From NCBI GenBank assembly GCA_963845185.1, contig CAWJRG010000005.1, positions 160,001 through 224,000 on the forward strand: a DNA stretch of 64,000 bases. The letters run 5' to 3'. The notes beneath the pieces were generated by a model that saw only the letters and a program-made list of their open reading frames with translations, made no database searches and was not told the origin of the DNA. Position numbers and translations under genes: made by a program. Source of the DNA: an uncultured bacterium (GTDB taxonomy: Bacteria > Oederibacteriota > PGYV01 > CAWJRG01). Shown piece after piece: positions 53,527 through 63,709 of this stretch (the first letter of the stretch is position 1; every line of letters begins with the position of its first letter).

Positions 53527-55881
53527 ATGAAAAATAAATTTTTATTTCTTATAATTCCCTTTTTATTACTGAGCATAAATTCATTTTCAAGCGTGACATC
53601 CCTTAATGTCCAGCCCGTCGGTAATAATGGCTCCTACCTTGAGGCTCAATCCAATAACAATCCCGTGCTCCATATAGGCATCAATACAGATCCGTCAGGT
53701 GGTACCCTTACATCAATATCTGTACAAAACACTTTAAATAGTTGGGGTTACGGATCTGCTGTTTCGCCGACATCCATAAGCATGGTAAAACTATGGTATG
53801 CTCCTGTTGATTCTGCAAATTTTAATTCAGCTGCCGCGCAATATGTAACATTCCTTTCCGGTATATATGATTCTTCGACTAATACCTATGATCTCTTTTT
53901 CGACAATACTTTCACTTTGCCTGTAGCCAGCGGCTCGGCTATCTGGGTTACTGCGGATATCCCTGCGTCGCCTGTATTCAGCACAATGCAGATGCAGACA
54001 AACGGCCTGACATTCACTGCCTCATCTGTTAGTTCGTCAAATGAACCTTCAACACCCCCTGTTTTATTTCTTACGCAGAACATTCCCGCAACAAATCTTT
54101 ATGTGTCAAGCACCAGCGGCAATATGCAGCCATATGTTTCCACCGGCCAGAACAACATAATAGCCATGGCCCTGCACTTGTACAATAATTCCGGCACGGC
54201 ATCATCGCCTATTATTTTAGGCGCTCTGACGATAACTGCCCAGACACCGCAGGGTGTCACTATTATTCCTTCATCCATCCTGAGCGATATCAAGATTCAG
54301 GACAATGACCTCGGCACAATATACGGCGAGCTTAACGGCTCATACCTTCCTTCAACAGCCGGGCCAATGCAGATTAGCTTAAACGGTATGGAGATTCCGG
54401 CTAATACTACTATAACCGCAAATGTGGTAATCACAATGTCCGGCGTAACCACTGCAGCAGGTACGAATTTTTCCATGTCGATTAATGATTCAAGCTATTT
54501 TTATGGTTATGACCAATACACATATAATATCGTTGGCGTTTCCTTAATTCCTTCCCCTATTCTTTCAACGTCCGCCACAATACAAAAAGAAGCCCAAATG
54601 GTATACGCTGCCTGTGATAGTGTAATCCCCGCGACTATAAACAAAGGCCAGACAGGTATAGGCCTTATTAAAATATGTTTAAGTAACCCCGGTGATTCTC
54701 TCACATCCTCTGTACAGATTTACAATTTAAAACTTTACATCGAAGACAGTAATAATAACCCTGTTGTTCCTGGCTCATTATTTTCAAAAATATCCGTAAC
54801 CGACGCTGCAGGGGGCACTGTGTACGGTTTTAAAACATCGGCAGCCATCGAGCAAACAGGCAATATAATAAATATGCCTTTACCCGGCATGGTAATTGTG
54901 CCCGCGGCTTCGTCTGTAACAATAGCTGTAAGCGCAGACATATTGACATTCACGGCAATAAATAATTTTAAAATAGGCATTCAGGGAAATAATGATATCT
55001 CCGCCAGGGATAATAATTTCCTGTCTTACCCTGTGGCTGTATCTTTAACCCCCTCGCCTTTTTATTCGTCGCTTGCGATTATTTCAAGCTCTTTTACTGT
55101 ATCACACACCGCCTATATGCCTAAAAATTTGTATTCAGCCGAAACCAGCGTGCATGCGCTTGATTTTTTCCTTTCGCCGCCGCTTATTTACGGCACCGGC
55201 AACGGGAATATTCTTGTAAGCTCTATGACATTAACCGCCCTTGATTCGTCAGGCAATCCAAAAAACGCGTCTGATTATATTTCACGTATAGAGATGCATT
55301 CCGCATCACAGACGTTTAATGTATTATCAATCCCCGCATCACCCTACATATATGTGGCTTTTCCATCGCCCGTAACAATATTATCATCGGGTTACACCCT
55401 GTCTTATTATATTGATATCAATAACGGTACTGCCGCTTCTAATTTGCAGCTTTCCCTTGTATCCGCTTCGGATATAGCAGCATACCAGGATAATGAACCT
55501 TCGAGGCAAATTGTTATAGCTGCTGCCGCAGGCGATTCTTTTTCGATGTCATCCGGTGTCGGCTATATAGAGGGCAATACTTCCTCACTTTCTTTCGCGA
55601 ATTACCCCAACCCTTTCAGGTCCGGCTCCCTGACGCATTTTACATATTACATATCCAATGACACGAAAGTCACATTGAAAATTTTTGATATAGCCGGAAA
55701 TTTTATAGCTACAATCCTTGATAATTCATTAAAATCCGCCGGCTCGCGCAATGAAGACACCTGGGACGGCAGGGATGGAAAAGGCCACGAGGTTCTGGCT
55801 GGAACTTATATCGCGCAAATACAGGTCAATATTAACGGCAAAAAAAATACGTCATTAAGAAAAATTACTTTAATAAAGTGA
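53527..55881 (+). CDS. Secreted Ser/Thr-rich beta-sandwich repeat protein with FlgD/T9SS-like CTD
   Basis: Signal peptide; ~4 internal Ig-like repeats; FANYPNPF...IFDIAG...WDGRDGKG...GTYIA tail. Confidence 0.75.
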   Translation: MKNKFLFLIIPFLLLSINSFSSVTSLNVQPVGNNGSYLEAQSNNNPVLHIGINTDPSGGTLTSISVQNTLNSWGYGSAVSPTSISMVKLWYAPVDSANFNSAAAQYVTFLSGIYDSSTNTYDLFFDNTFTLPVASGSAIWVTADIPASPVFSTMQMQTNGLTFTASSVSSSNEPSTPPVLFLTQNIPATNLYVSSTSGNMQPYVSTGQNNIIAMALHLYNNSGTASSPIILGALTITAQTPQGVTIIPSSILSDIKIQDNDLGTIYGELNGSYLPSTAGPMQISLNGMEIPANTTITANVVITMSGVTTAAGTNFSMSINDSSYFYGYDQYTYNIVGVSLIPSPILSTSATIQKEAQMVYAACDSVIPATINKGQTGIGLIKICLSNPGDSLTSSVQIYNLKLYIEDSNNNPVVPGSLFSKISVTDAAGGTVYGFKTSAAIEQTGNIINMPLPGMVIVPAASSVTIAVSADILTFTAINNFKIGIQGNNDISARDNNFLSYPVAVSLTPSPFYSSLAIISSSFTVSHTAYMPKNLYSAETSVHALDFFLSPPLIYGTGNGNILVSSMTLTALDSSGNPKNASDYISRIEMHSASQTFNVLSIPASPYIYVAFPSPVTILSSGYTLSYYIDINNGTAASNLQLSLVSASDIAAYQDNEPSRQIVIAAAAGDSFSMSSGVGYIEGNTSSLSFANYPNPFRSGSLTHFTYYISNDTKVTLKIFDIAGNFIATILDNSLKSAGSRNEDTWDGRDGKGHEVLAGTYIAQIQVNINGKKNTSLRKITLIK

Positions 55882-55889
55882 GATGAAAA

Positions 55890-57602
55890 ATGGCTGATAT
55901 TCTTTTTAAAGGAACAAAAGTAAAAGCACTGTTTTTTATATTACTTATACTTATCCCTTTGGCAGGCGTGCGTGCAAATAATCTTTCATTTTTAAATGAT
56001 ATAAATATTCGTAATTCCGGCGCGTCCGGCTCGCTCGCGCCATTTTCATCCGATGCTTCTTGTGCTTTTGTAAACCCTGCATGCCTTGCTTTTACTCAGG
56101 AGCAGGAAATACGCCTGCTTTATTATAACCTGTTTGCAGGCAGTTCGATAAGTTCCGTATCTTATGCATATCCCTTACTTAACGCAGGGTCCGTTTCCAT
56201 ATCGGGCGTATTCCAGAATACCCCTTCCATTGAGGAAAGAAACGCCTTTAATGAAATAACAGGCAGTTTTTCAGATTCTTATAAGGCCGTTTATTTGTCT
56301 TATGGTATCTCGCTTAATTCTTTTTTAAGCGCCGGTGCGAATATTAAATATATAAACCACGATTTTTATAATTCGGGTTACTCTGCGGGCGGTGTTGATG
56401 CCGGGCTTGTTTTATCCTTGCCCTATAATTTAATGCTGTCTGCGCTTTCTGAAAATATCGTAAAACCCGAATTTCAGTATTCCTCTACAAGCGGTGATTC
56501 GCTGCCCTTATATTTTGATTTCACTCTGGGCGACTCGTTCTCTTTTTTCAGCAGCCTTAATGATTCTTTAAAAGTCGGCATAGGCGTTGTAAAGGAGGAA
56601 TGGCAGGACATTTATTTCCATTACGGCGCGGAATATTCTATATATAATATTTTCTTCCTGAGGGCCGGGATTTCTTTAAACAGCTTTTCTTTTGGCGCCT
56701 GCCTGAATCTTAACGGCGCCGGAATTGATTACGCTTATGTGTCAACTGCCCTCGATTTTGTGCACAGGTTTTCAATCTCCTATTCTTTCGGAGAAAACAT
56801 CAGGGCAATGGAAGCCGGCCTCAGGACAAAAGAGGAAAAACTAAAATATGAAATGATACAGGAAATCAAACAGAAAAATATAGATGACTTTATGAAACAG
56901 GCCGATGACAGTATTAAAACCGGCGACTTCGATTCTGCTAAAGCAACGGTTGAAAAAGCCCTTGTTTGGGACCCCAACAACTCCTGGTTTAAGGATAAGC
57001 TCAATGAAATAAATAACCTTGACAAAGAACGGGATATAAAAAGCCTTTCTGACGAAGCCGATGCGCTCATGAATGATAAATTATATATTGACGCCATGGT
57101 AAAGTTGAAAAGCCTTTTTGACCTCGACCCGAATAATACATCCGCTAAGGAAAAATACGACTACGCGGAAACGGTTGTCACAAAACTAGGCGAAGAAAAC
57201 CTTACTGTTGAAGAAAAAAACAAACAGGAAATAAAAACACATTTCGACAGCGGTATATCTTATTATGCGTCGGGAAGTTACGAAAAGGCCGTAGAAGAAT
57301 GGGACAAGGTAATTGACGCCTCTCCTATGCAAAGGCAGGTTTACAACTTCATCAAAACCGCCGAGGAAAAAGTTCGGAAAAAAGAAGAAGTAAAACAAAC
57401 CGCCGAGCAGGAAAAAGCGCAAAAAATAAACATGCTCTACAATAAAGCCGTGCTCTTATATACGCAGGGCAATTTTGAGGAATCAATAAATACATGGAAG
57501 GAACTGCTTACACTTGACCCTGAAAACAAGGAAGCAAAGGAATACCTTGAAAAGATTAAGGAAGAATATATCAAAGTACAGAAACAAAACCTTCAGTGGT
57601 AG
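55890..57602 (+). CDS. PorV-like beta-barrel fused to C-terminal TPR repeats
   Basis: DASCAFVNPACL motif; DYAY...HRFSISYSFG; TPR helices (LDPENKEAKEYL). Confidence 0.72.
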   Translation: MADILFKGTKVKALFFILLILIPLAGVRANNLSFLNDINIRNSGASGSLAPFSSDASCAFVNPACLAFTQEQEIRLLYYNLFAGSSISSVSYAYPLLNAGSVSISGVFQNTPSIEERNAFNEITGSFSDSYKAVYLSYGISLNSFLSAGANIKYINHDFYNSGYSAGGVDAGLVLSLPYNLMLSALSENIVKPEFQYSSTSGDSLPLYFDFTLGDSFSFFSSLNDSLKVGIGVVKEEWQDIYFHYGAEYSIYNIFFLRAGISLNSFSFGACLNLNGAGIDYAYVSTALDFVHRFSISYSFGENIRAMEAGLRTKEEKLKYEMIQEIKQKNIDDFMKQADDSIKTGDFDSAKATVEKALVWDPNNSWFKDKLNEINNLDKERDIKSLSDEADALMNDKLYIDAMVKLKSLFDLDPNNTSAKEKYDYAETVVTKLGEENLTVEEKNKQEIKTHFDSGISYYASGSYEKAVEEWDKVIDASPMQRQVYNFIKTAEEKVRKKEEVKQTAEQEKAQKINMLYNKAVLLYTQGNFEESINTWKELLTLDPENKEAKEYLEKIKEEYIKVQKQNLQW

Positions 57603-57656
57603 CCACTAAATCTTAACCTGCATTTTATTGAATCACAGCTTACCCTTAAAATCCCG

Positions 57657-58037
57657 CTATCTTTCGAGTATTTCTTTAACCTGCTCAATAAGCTCATAAG
57701 GGTCAAACGGTTTTATTATATAATCATCTGCTCCGCATTTCAGGCCTTCTTCAGCGTCGCCTTTTTGCCCTTTGGCAGTCAGCATTACGACTTTTATATT
57801 TTTTAGTTTTTCGTCCATTTTTATTTTCTTGCAGGCTTCATAGCCGCTTATTCCGGGCATCATAATGTCGAGAAGTATCAAATCCGGCCTGATATTATCT
57901 TTCTGGAGTTTATCCAGGCATTCCTCTCCGCTTAAAGCCTCTATTACTTCATAATTAGCAAGTTCCAGAGCTATTTTAACCACTTTTACTATATTTTCCT
58001 CGTCGTCAACTATCATTACTTTTATTTTTTCCGCCAT
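57657..58037 (-). CDS. Single-domain response regulator (receiver)
   Basis: IVDDE, LLDIMMP, MLTAKG, IIKPF. Confidence 0.95.
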   Translation of the reverse strand: MAEKIKVMIVDDEENIVKVVKIALELANYEVIEALSGEECLDKLQKDNIRPDLILLDIMMPGISGYEACKKIKMDEKLKNIKVVMLTAKGQKGDAEEGLKCGADDYIIKPFDPYELIEQVKEILER

Positions 58038-58053
58038 CTTTTATTGCCTCCCG

Positions 58054-58455
58054 TTATTTTGATATCCATTTTATATAAACACCCGTCGCTACGACAAGCA
58101 GTAAAGAAGCGAGTAAAAAGCAGGAAAAGGAAAATAATTTCATATTCATCATGCTTGCCTTGGTAATGTTAATCGCAGCCTTAACTGCTGTTAATTTATC
58201 CGCGTTCATCAGGATTTCCTGCGAGGATAATGATGATATTTTTTTGTCCAGCGAAGGCATAAGAACAGCGCTGGCGTAAAAATGTGCCGCAAGGGAAACA
58301 AACATGAAAACAGCTGCAACTATAGGCAAAATCCATATTTTTTTCTTTTCATTTATAATTCTGGTAAGCTTAAACAAAACAAGCCCCACCAACGACAGCG
58401 CTATGATTATGACAAGAATCCCTGCTTCATAAAGCAAAAAAGTGTAATCCATCAT
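58054..58455 (-). CDS. Small three-TM membrane protein of unknown function
   Basis: Three hydrophobic helices; ATGA overlap with the upstream gene. Confidence 0.7.
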   Translation of the reverse strand: MMDYTFLLYEAGILVIIIALSLVGLVLFKLTRIINEKKKIWILPIVAAVFMFVSLAAHFYASAVLMPSLDKKISSLSSQEILMNADKLTAVKAAINITKASMMNMKLFSFSCFLLASLLLVVATGVYIKWISK

Positions 58456-58793
58456 TCTTTTCCCTTGTATTTCATAAGTTTAGTAAGCAAACTGTTGAAT
58501 TTATAAATCCCAAACAGGCATAAAACCGCGGATATTATGAGCAATATATAGGCAGTTATCTGTATTACATCGCTTGCCTGCGTGCTTTTTATGGTTGCCT
58601 TTATTATAAGCAATACGGAATAAAGCAGAATCCCGGAAGGTGCCGTCATCAAAAGGCCGTGGAAAGTCGGCTTGTTAAATACCACATTATACCTTTTCGC
58701 AATAAATCCGAATATTAAGAAGCCTACCCAGAATAAAATACCGCCCAGAACTCCGGCCGTGTAAATATAAGCCTGCATTACCTGCTCATTCAT
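58452..58793 (-). CDS. Small three-TM membrane protein of unknown function
   Basis: Three hydrophobic helices; AAGGAG RBS. Confidence 0.7.
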   Translation of the reverse strand: MNEQVMQAYIYTAGVLGGILFWVGFLIFGFIAKRYNVVFNKPTFHGLLMTAPSGILLYSVLLIIKATIKSTQASDVIQITAYILLIISAVLCLFGIYKFNSLLTKLMKYKGKE

Positions 58794-58820
58794 AGCTTTT
58801 ATTCTCCTTGTAAGATGAAT

Positions 58821-59588
58821 TTACTTTGTATTTGCCCATATTTCTTCTATTATTAGCTTTGCTTTTTCCTTGCCTATAATTTCTTCAAAAGATTTTTCGA
58901 TATTATTTAAAAGCCCTAAAAAATCTTTCATCCCCATCTTTGTCCTGTCTATATTCAGTTTTGTCATTTCAGTGTCCACTATTGCCGCGCCCAGGTTGCC
59001 CATGCGGCTTTTTGCTATTTTCGTTATCTCCGGCACTTTAAAACGGGTCCTTCTCAGCAATCCGGCTGATATCAAGCCGTAAATTATTGTTTCTGCTTTT
59101 GATTTTTCCATTTTTAAATTTTTTATTACAGTTGCGATGCTGTTGTCACCGTTAAAATTTATCAAAAAATTCCATTCTTCGTTTAGAAATGTTATTGTGA
59201 GTTTTTTATTTTCAGGCAGCCTTGATATTTTTAAAATTTCATTTTCCGGCAGCAGGTAATCCTTGATGTCAATCTGATTTTTTTCGCGGATAACCCTCGC
59301 GCTTTCAAGAATAATATCCTCCACGCAAAACCCGAGGCTTTTTTTTACCGGTACGCTTTTTTCCTGAAAATAAAAAGAACCCTCGTCTATAACCGTCAGA
59401 AGATTTATTGCCGCTTTTCTTTTATCCGAGTCAATATTGGTATTTGCATCGACAATTTCGCCGTCTAATATTGCTATATCCCCTCTTATTTCAGTCCCCT
59501 CCACTTTTAATATACCGGTCTTTTTATAATTGCATAACAGCCTTAGCATGCCTGCAACACTTATATTGCTTATAGTTGCCTTCACCAT
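58821..59588 (-). CDS. DUF4388 (PATAN-like) domain protein with winged-helix and helical C-terminal domains
   Basis: MLRLL...KKTGILKV...G.I....GEIVDA...GSFYF...IILESAR pattern. Confidence 0.75.
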   Translation of the reverse strand: MVKATISNISVAGMLRLLCNYKKTGILKVEGTEIRGDIAILDGEIVDANTNIDSDKRKAAINLLTVIDEGSFYFQEKSVPVKKSLGFCVEDIILESARVIREKNQIDIKDYLLPENEILKISRLPENKKLTITFLNEEWNFLINFNGDNSIATVIKNLKMEKSKAETIIYGLISAGLLRRTRFKVPEITKIAKSRMGNLGAAIVDTEMTKLNIDRTKMGMKDFLGLLNNIEKSFEEIIGKEKAKLIIEEIWANTK

Positions 59589-59633
59589 TACCTCCGAAAT
59601 TATTACTAATTTGTCTTTTTAAATGTATATACT

Positions 59634-59715
59634 AGATTAACATTTAATATCGGGTTTGTCAAAGGCTAATGGCAATCTGAAGAATGTTGACATTATTTTC
59701 AATACAAACTATAAT
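59634..59715. promoter_or_regulatory. Divergent sigma70-type promoter pair
   Basis: Plus strand: TTGACA-N17-TATAAT (59687-59715); minus strand: TTGACA-N17-TAATCT (59662-59634). Confidence 0.65.
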
Positions 59716-59750
59716 TGTTTTGCCTAACTGAAAACAAGTAAGAATAAAAA

Positions 59751-61622
59751 ATGACGGAAACCTGGCAGGAGGCTGGCATGCAGTGGTTCCCGGTTTTAGT
59801 TATTATACACTATACTGTATTTTTGAGTGAAATTTTCCTAATCATTTCAATATTATATTTAAACCGAGCAAGTGTTCTTAATCGCGTTGCAGTATTCCTG
59901 ATCGCCTGTTTTGCTTTATGGTCTTTAGGTGAGGTATTTTTATCCAATCCAAACACTCCTCAGAAAGTAGCCGAATGGGTTAGCAAAATTTATTCAATAG
60001 GATGGCTGTTTTTTTCTTCCTTTTCAATACTTTTTGCTCTGCTATTTATTGGCAAAACTGCAATATTAAATTCAAAAATATTTTCTATAGTAATACTTTT
60101 TTTTCCAATCTTTTTTTATGTGGTATTCTGGACTGGTAATTTGCAATATCCGCTTGAAAAAAACTCATTTGGCTGGGCAGTAAAGTGGAAATATAATATT
60201 TTTACATTTTCTTTTTATTTTTACTATATATTATCTATCATAACATGCATTTGGCTTTATCTGGATAACGCAATAAAATCTGCTAATCCCATCAGAAAAA
60301 GGCTTTCTTTTATAATGGTCTTTACAATGTCTGCCTCCCTTTTATGTGGAACATATATGCAGATAATCCTTTCAAAAACAGATAATTTTTCACTAATGAT
60401 TGCTTCTATCACCGACATTTCTGTAGTTTTCTGGATATTTGGGCTTTTCTACTCGATATCAAGGTACCGTTTTATGTCGCTGACTCCCGCAACTACAACT
60501 GAAAATATAATCGATAATATGAGTGAAGCACTTATTATACTTGATGAGTTTTTTGTCGTTACTTTTTTCAACAATGCTGCGCTTAAGTTGCTGGGATGCG
60601 TTGAAAACGACCTTAAAAACAAACCGTTTGTAGCGCTTTTTGCCGATTCCAGCATTTCAAATTATTGGCTAAAAACAAACATCACGAAACACGTGCTAAA
60701 AGGCTACGAAACATTCTTGTCAAAAAAAGATGACAGTAAAATACCTGTCCTGCTTTCTTCCTCAGTTATATTCGAACAAGACGATATAGTTGGTGTAATC
60801 TGCATAGTGAGCGATATGACCCTGCAGAAACAAGCCGAAAAAGAATTAAAAAAAAGTTTTGACAGGCTGATTGAGCTGGACAGGATGAAAGAAAGTTTCC
60901 TGTCAATGGTTTCCCATGAATTAAGGACGCCTTTGACGTCAATCAAAGGTTTTCTTTCGTTCTTGCTCAGCGGCGTCGCCGGACAGATTACGCCCAGGCA
61001 AAAAGAATTTTTGGAAATAATGGACAGTAATTCCGACAGATTGTTGACAATGACAGGAAAACTTCTTGATGTTTCAAAAATGACTTCCGGAAGTTTTTCC
61101 ATTCAAAAAGCAGATTACGATATCATCAAGGTAATGGAATCAAGCGTAAAAGACATATCTTCGATTATCGAAAAGAAAAAGATTACCTTACTTACAGAAA
61201 CGCCCATTAAAAACCCGACCATGAAAATTGACGAATACCGGATTTCCCAGGCAATAATAAATCTTTTAAACAACGCCATTAAGTTTTCCAGTGAAGGAAC
61301 GAAAATAGTAATCCGGATGGACGAATATTCAGAGGAAAAAATCAAACTTCCTGCCGAGACAAAAGCTTGTTTGCCGGCCGGCAGGAAATATGTGGTTATA
61401 TCCGTAGCTGACGAAGGTGTAGGCTTAACGCCGGAGCAAAAGCAAAAAGTTTTCGGAAGGTTTTACCAGGCAGAAGATATAAACATAAGATCCACTCAGG
61501 GATCCGGCCTGGGACTTTATATAACAAAAAATATCGTGGAACTTCATGAAGGATTTATATGGGTTGAATCAGAAGGGGTTAAAAAAGGCACAACTTTTTA
61601 TATCCTGTTACCTGTGGCGTGA
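59751..61622 (+). CDS. Sensor histidine kinase (7TM N-terminus, PAS, HisKA, HATPase); alternative start at 59778
   Basis: VSHELRTPLTSI, NLLNNAIKFS, DEGVG, GSGLGL; multiple TM helices. Confidence 0.95.
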   Translation: MTETWQEAGMQWFPVLVIIHYTVFLSEIFLIISILYLNRASVLNRVAVFLIACFALWSLGEVFLSNPNTPQKVAEWVSKIYSIGWLFFSSFSILFALLFIGKTAILNSKIFSIVILFFPIFFYVVFWTGNLQYPLEKNSFGWAVKWKYNIFTFSFYFYYILSIITCIWLYLDNAIKSANPIRKRLSFIMVFTMSASLLCGTYMQIILSKTDNFSLMIASITDISVVFWIFGLFYSISRYRFMSLTPATTTENIIDNMSEALIILDEFFVVTFFNNAALKLLGCVENDLKNKPFVALFADSSISNYWLKTNITKHVLKGYETFLSKKDDSKIPVLLSSSVIFEQDDIVGVICIVSDMTLQKQAEKELKKSFDRLIELDRMKESFLSMVSHELRTPLTSIKGFLSFLLSGVAGQITPRQKEFLEIMDSNSDRLLTMTGKLLDVSKMTSGSFSIQKADYDIIKVMESSVKDISSIIEKKKITLLTETPIKNPTMKIDEYRISQAIINLLNNAIKFSSEGTKIVIRMDEYSEEKIKLPAETKACLPAGRKYVVISVADEGVGLTPEQKQKVFGRFYQAEDINIRSTQGSGLGLYITKNIVELHEGFIWVESEGVKKGTTFYILLPVA

Positions 61623-61797
61623 ATAATTTTTTTTATTGTTTCAGCTATGCATTATTGTTTCCAGTAATCAAATATTAGTATTCCCGTCAACAGACCTTAT
61701 GAATTTTCATTTCGGATAAATTTATGTTTCTTAATCTTAATCTGCTGGCAATCTCCCGGTAATTAACCAATTCGAATTCGAAAGATTTTCTGTAATA

Positions 61798-62824
61798 TTA
61801 ATTGCTTTTATGCTGGTTTAGCATTTTTATGGCTTCCTGCGCTTTACTGTATCCAAGTTTGACAGCCATATTCAAATCCTCCAGGGCTCCGCTTTTATAG
61901 CCGAGCATTGCTTTTATTATCCCTCGGTTATTATAAGCTTCTGCGTATTTTGGGTTTAATTCGATTGCTTTGCCGTAATCATTAATCGCATCGGCGTTGC
62001 GGCCAAGCCTGCCTTCGGCAATTGCCAGATTGCAGTAAGCCTCCGCGTATACCGGATTAAACTCAATAGCCTTGTTGAAATCATTAATCGCGCCCGAGAA
62101 ATCCCCGCGATTGCTTTTAGCTATTCCCCTGTTGCAGTATGCTTCGGAAAATTTCGGATTCAGTTTTATGGCCATATTATAATCCTCTATTTGCGCGTTA
62201 TAATTGCCCATATTGCCTTCGGCAACTCCCCTGTTGCAGTATGCTTGGGAAAATTTTGGTTCCAATTTTATGGCCTTGTTGTAATCCTCAATTTCTTCGG
62301 TAAATTTATCCATGCTACCTTCGGCAAAACCCCGGTTGTAATAAATTTTTGCATCTTTAGGATTAAACTCGATCGCTAAATTATAATCATCTATTGCGTC
62401 GGCATAATTGCCTATGCCGGAACTTGCTATCCCCCCGGTTGGAATAAGCCTCGCCATAATCCGGTTTCAATGCAATAGCCTTGTCATAATCCTTAATCGC
62501 ATCTGTATAATTACCAAGTCTTCTCTTGGTATTGCCGCGGCTATAATATGCCTCTGCAAATTCCGGGTTCAGCGCAATGGCTTTGCTGTAGTCCTTAATA
62601 GCATCTTTAATACGGCCAAGGTCGTTCTCGGCAGCCCCGCGCATATAATAGGCCTCGGCATATTGCGGGTTTAGTTCAATGGCCTGGTCGTAATCTTCTA
62701 TGGCATCGGCTTGACCGCCTAATTGGGCCTTTGAAATCCCGCTTTTCAAATATTCTTCCGCTGACGTCGGATAAAGATTAAAAACAATGCCTGTACATAA
62801 CACAAAAAAAATGAATTTTTTCAT
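61798..62824 (-). CDS. Secreted TPR-repeat protein; single-base frameshift in the G6 run at 62431-62436
   Basis: AI.DY.KAI.L.P..AEAY..RG repeats continue across ORFs 62387..62824 and 61798..62457 if one G is removed (YSNRGIASSG). Confidence 0.85.
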
Positions 62825-62860
62825 TTGACCCTCATTTTTTAACTATCTGTATGAACCAAC

Positions 62861-63661
62861 CTACTGAATCTTCAGTAAAAACTTTATTGCCCTTTCATAT
62901 TCTTCAATATCAATATCAGTATTCCTGCATGGACCTTCTGGCCTGCTATTGGGTATGGCGATTATTGTTATGCCATGCGGCGAGTCTGTCATGCCTGAAA
63001 TAAGGTCACGCTCGCAGGCAACGCCTATTATCGCGTCAGGCATGAATTTTTTTACCGTTTGCCTTGCCGACGATCCGCCCGTGGCGGTAAATATTGTGCA
63101 ATTGTATTTACCGGCCAGTTCAAGAGTCTTTTCCCTTGTTTCTTTTTTAAGGCATCTCGGCAGCAGTACCAGGAGTTTTTCGCTTTTAAATTTTGCCTTT
63201 GTAGCATAAATAAGTGCGTTATTGACTTTAATAAATGAATTCCCTATTCTGTCTTTGGATATTTTGAATAAATTGGCTATCGTATACAGAAGCGGCATCA
63301 TACGTTCAACATGCAATCCACTTTTACCGAATAATATAATAAAATTCCTGCCCGTTTCCACCGTAATAACAAGAAGTATCGACCATAGATATAAAAATGC
63401 GAGCAAAATTATTACTGTCCATTTTAGTATTAAATCTGCATAAAAGTTCATGGCGTATATTCTGGGCGAGACAAGATAATACAAGAAAAATATAATTGCA
63501 GTTAAAACCAGTAAAGTCAAAGCGTAGAACCATATAAAAAGCCCTTTGCCCTCTTCTATCTGTTTTTCGTAGTTTGAAAGGTCTCCAACCCATCCTGCCC
63601 ATTCATCGCCAAGATTACGGTCGGTTGTAGGCAGGTTGTTTTTATCATTTTCCTCTTCCAT
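62861..63661 (-). CDS. DUF116 domain membrane protein
   Basis: LLPRCL, ATGGSSAR, GVACERDL..G, GPC..T. Confidence 0.85.
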   Translation of the reverse strand: MEEENDKNNLPTTDRNLGDEWAGWVGDLSNYEKQIEEGKGLFIWFYALTLLVLTAIIFFLYYLVSPRIYAMNFYADLILKWTVIILLAFLYLWSILLVITVETGRNFIILFGKSGLHVERMMPLLYTIANLFKISKDRIGNSFIKVNNALIYATKAKFKSEKLLVLLPRCLKKETREKTLELAGKYNCTIFTATGGSSARQTVKKFMPDAIIGVACERDLISGMTDSPHGITIIAIPNSRPEGPCRNTDIDIEEYERAIKFLLKIQ

Positions 63662-63709
63662 TATTCACCTTGTTTTGTGTCCGGTTTATAAATGCGTACT
63701 CCTGCGGCT

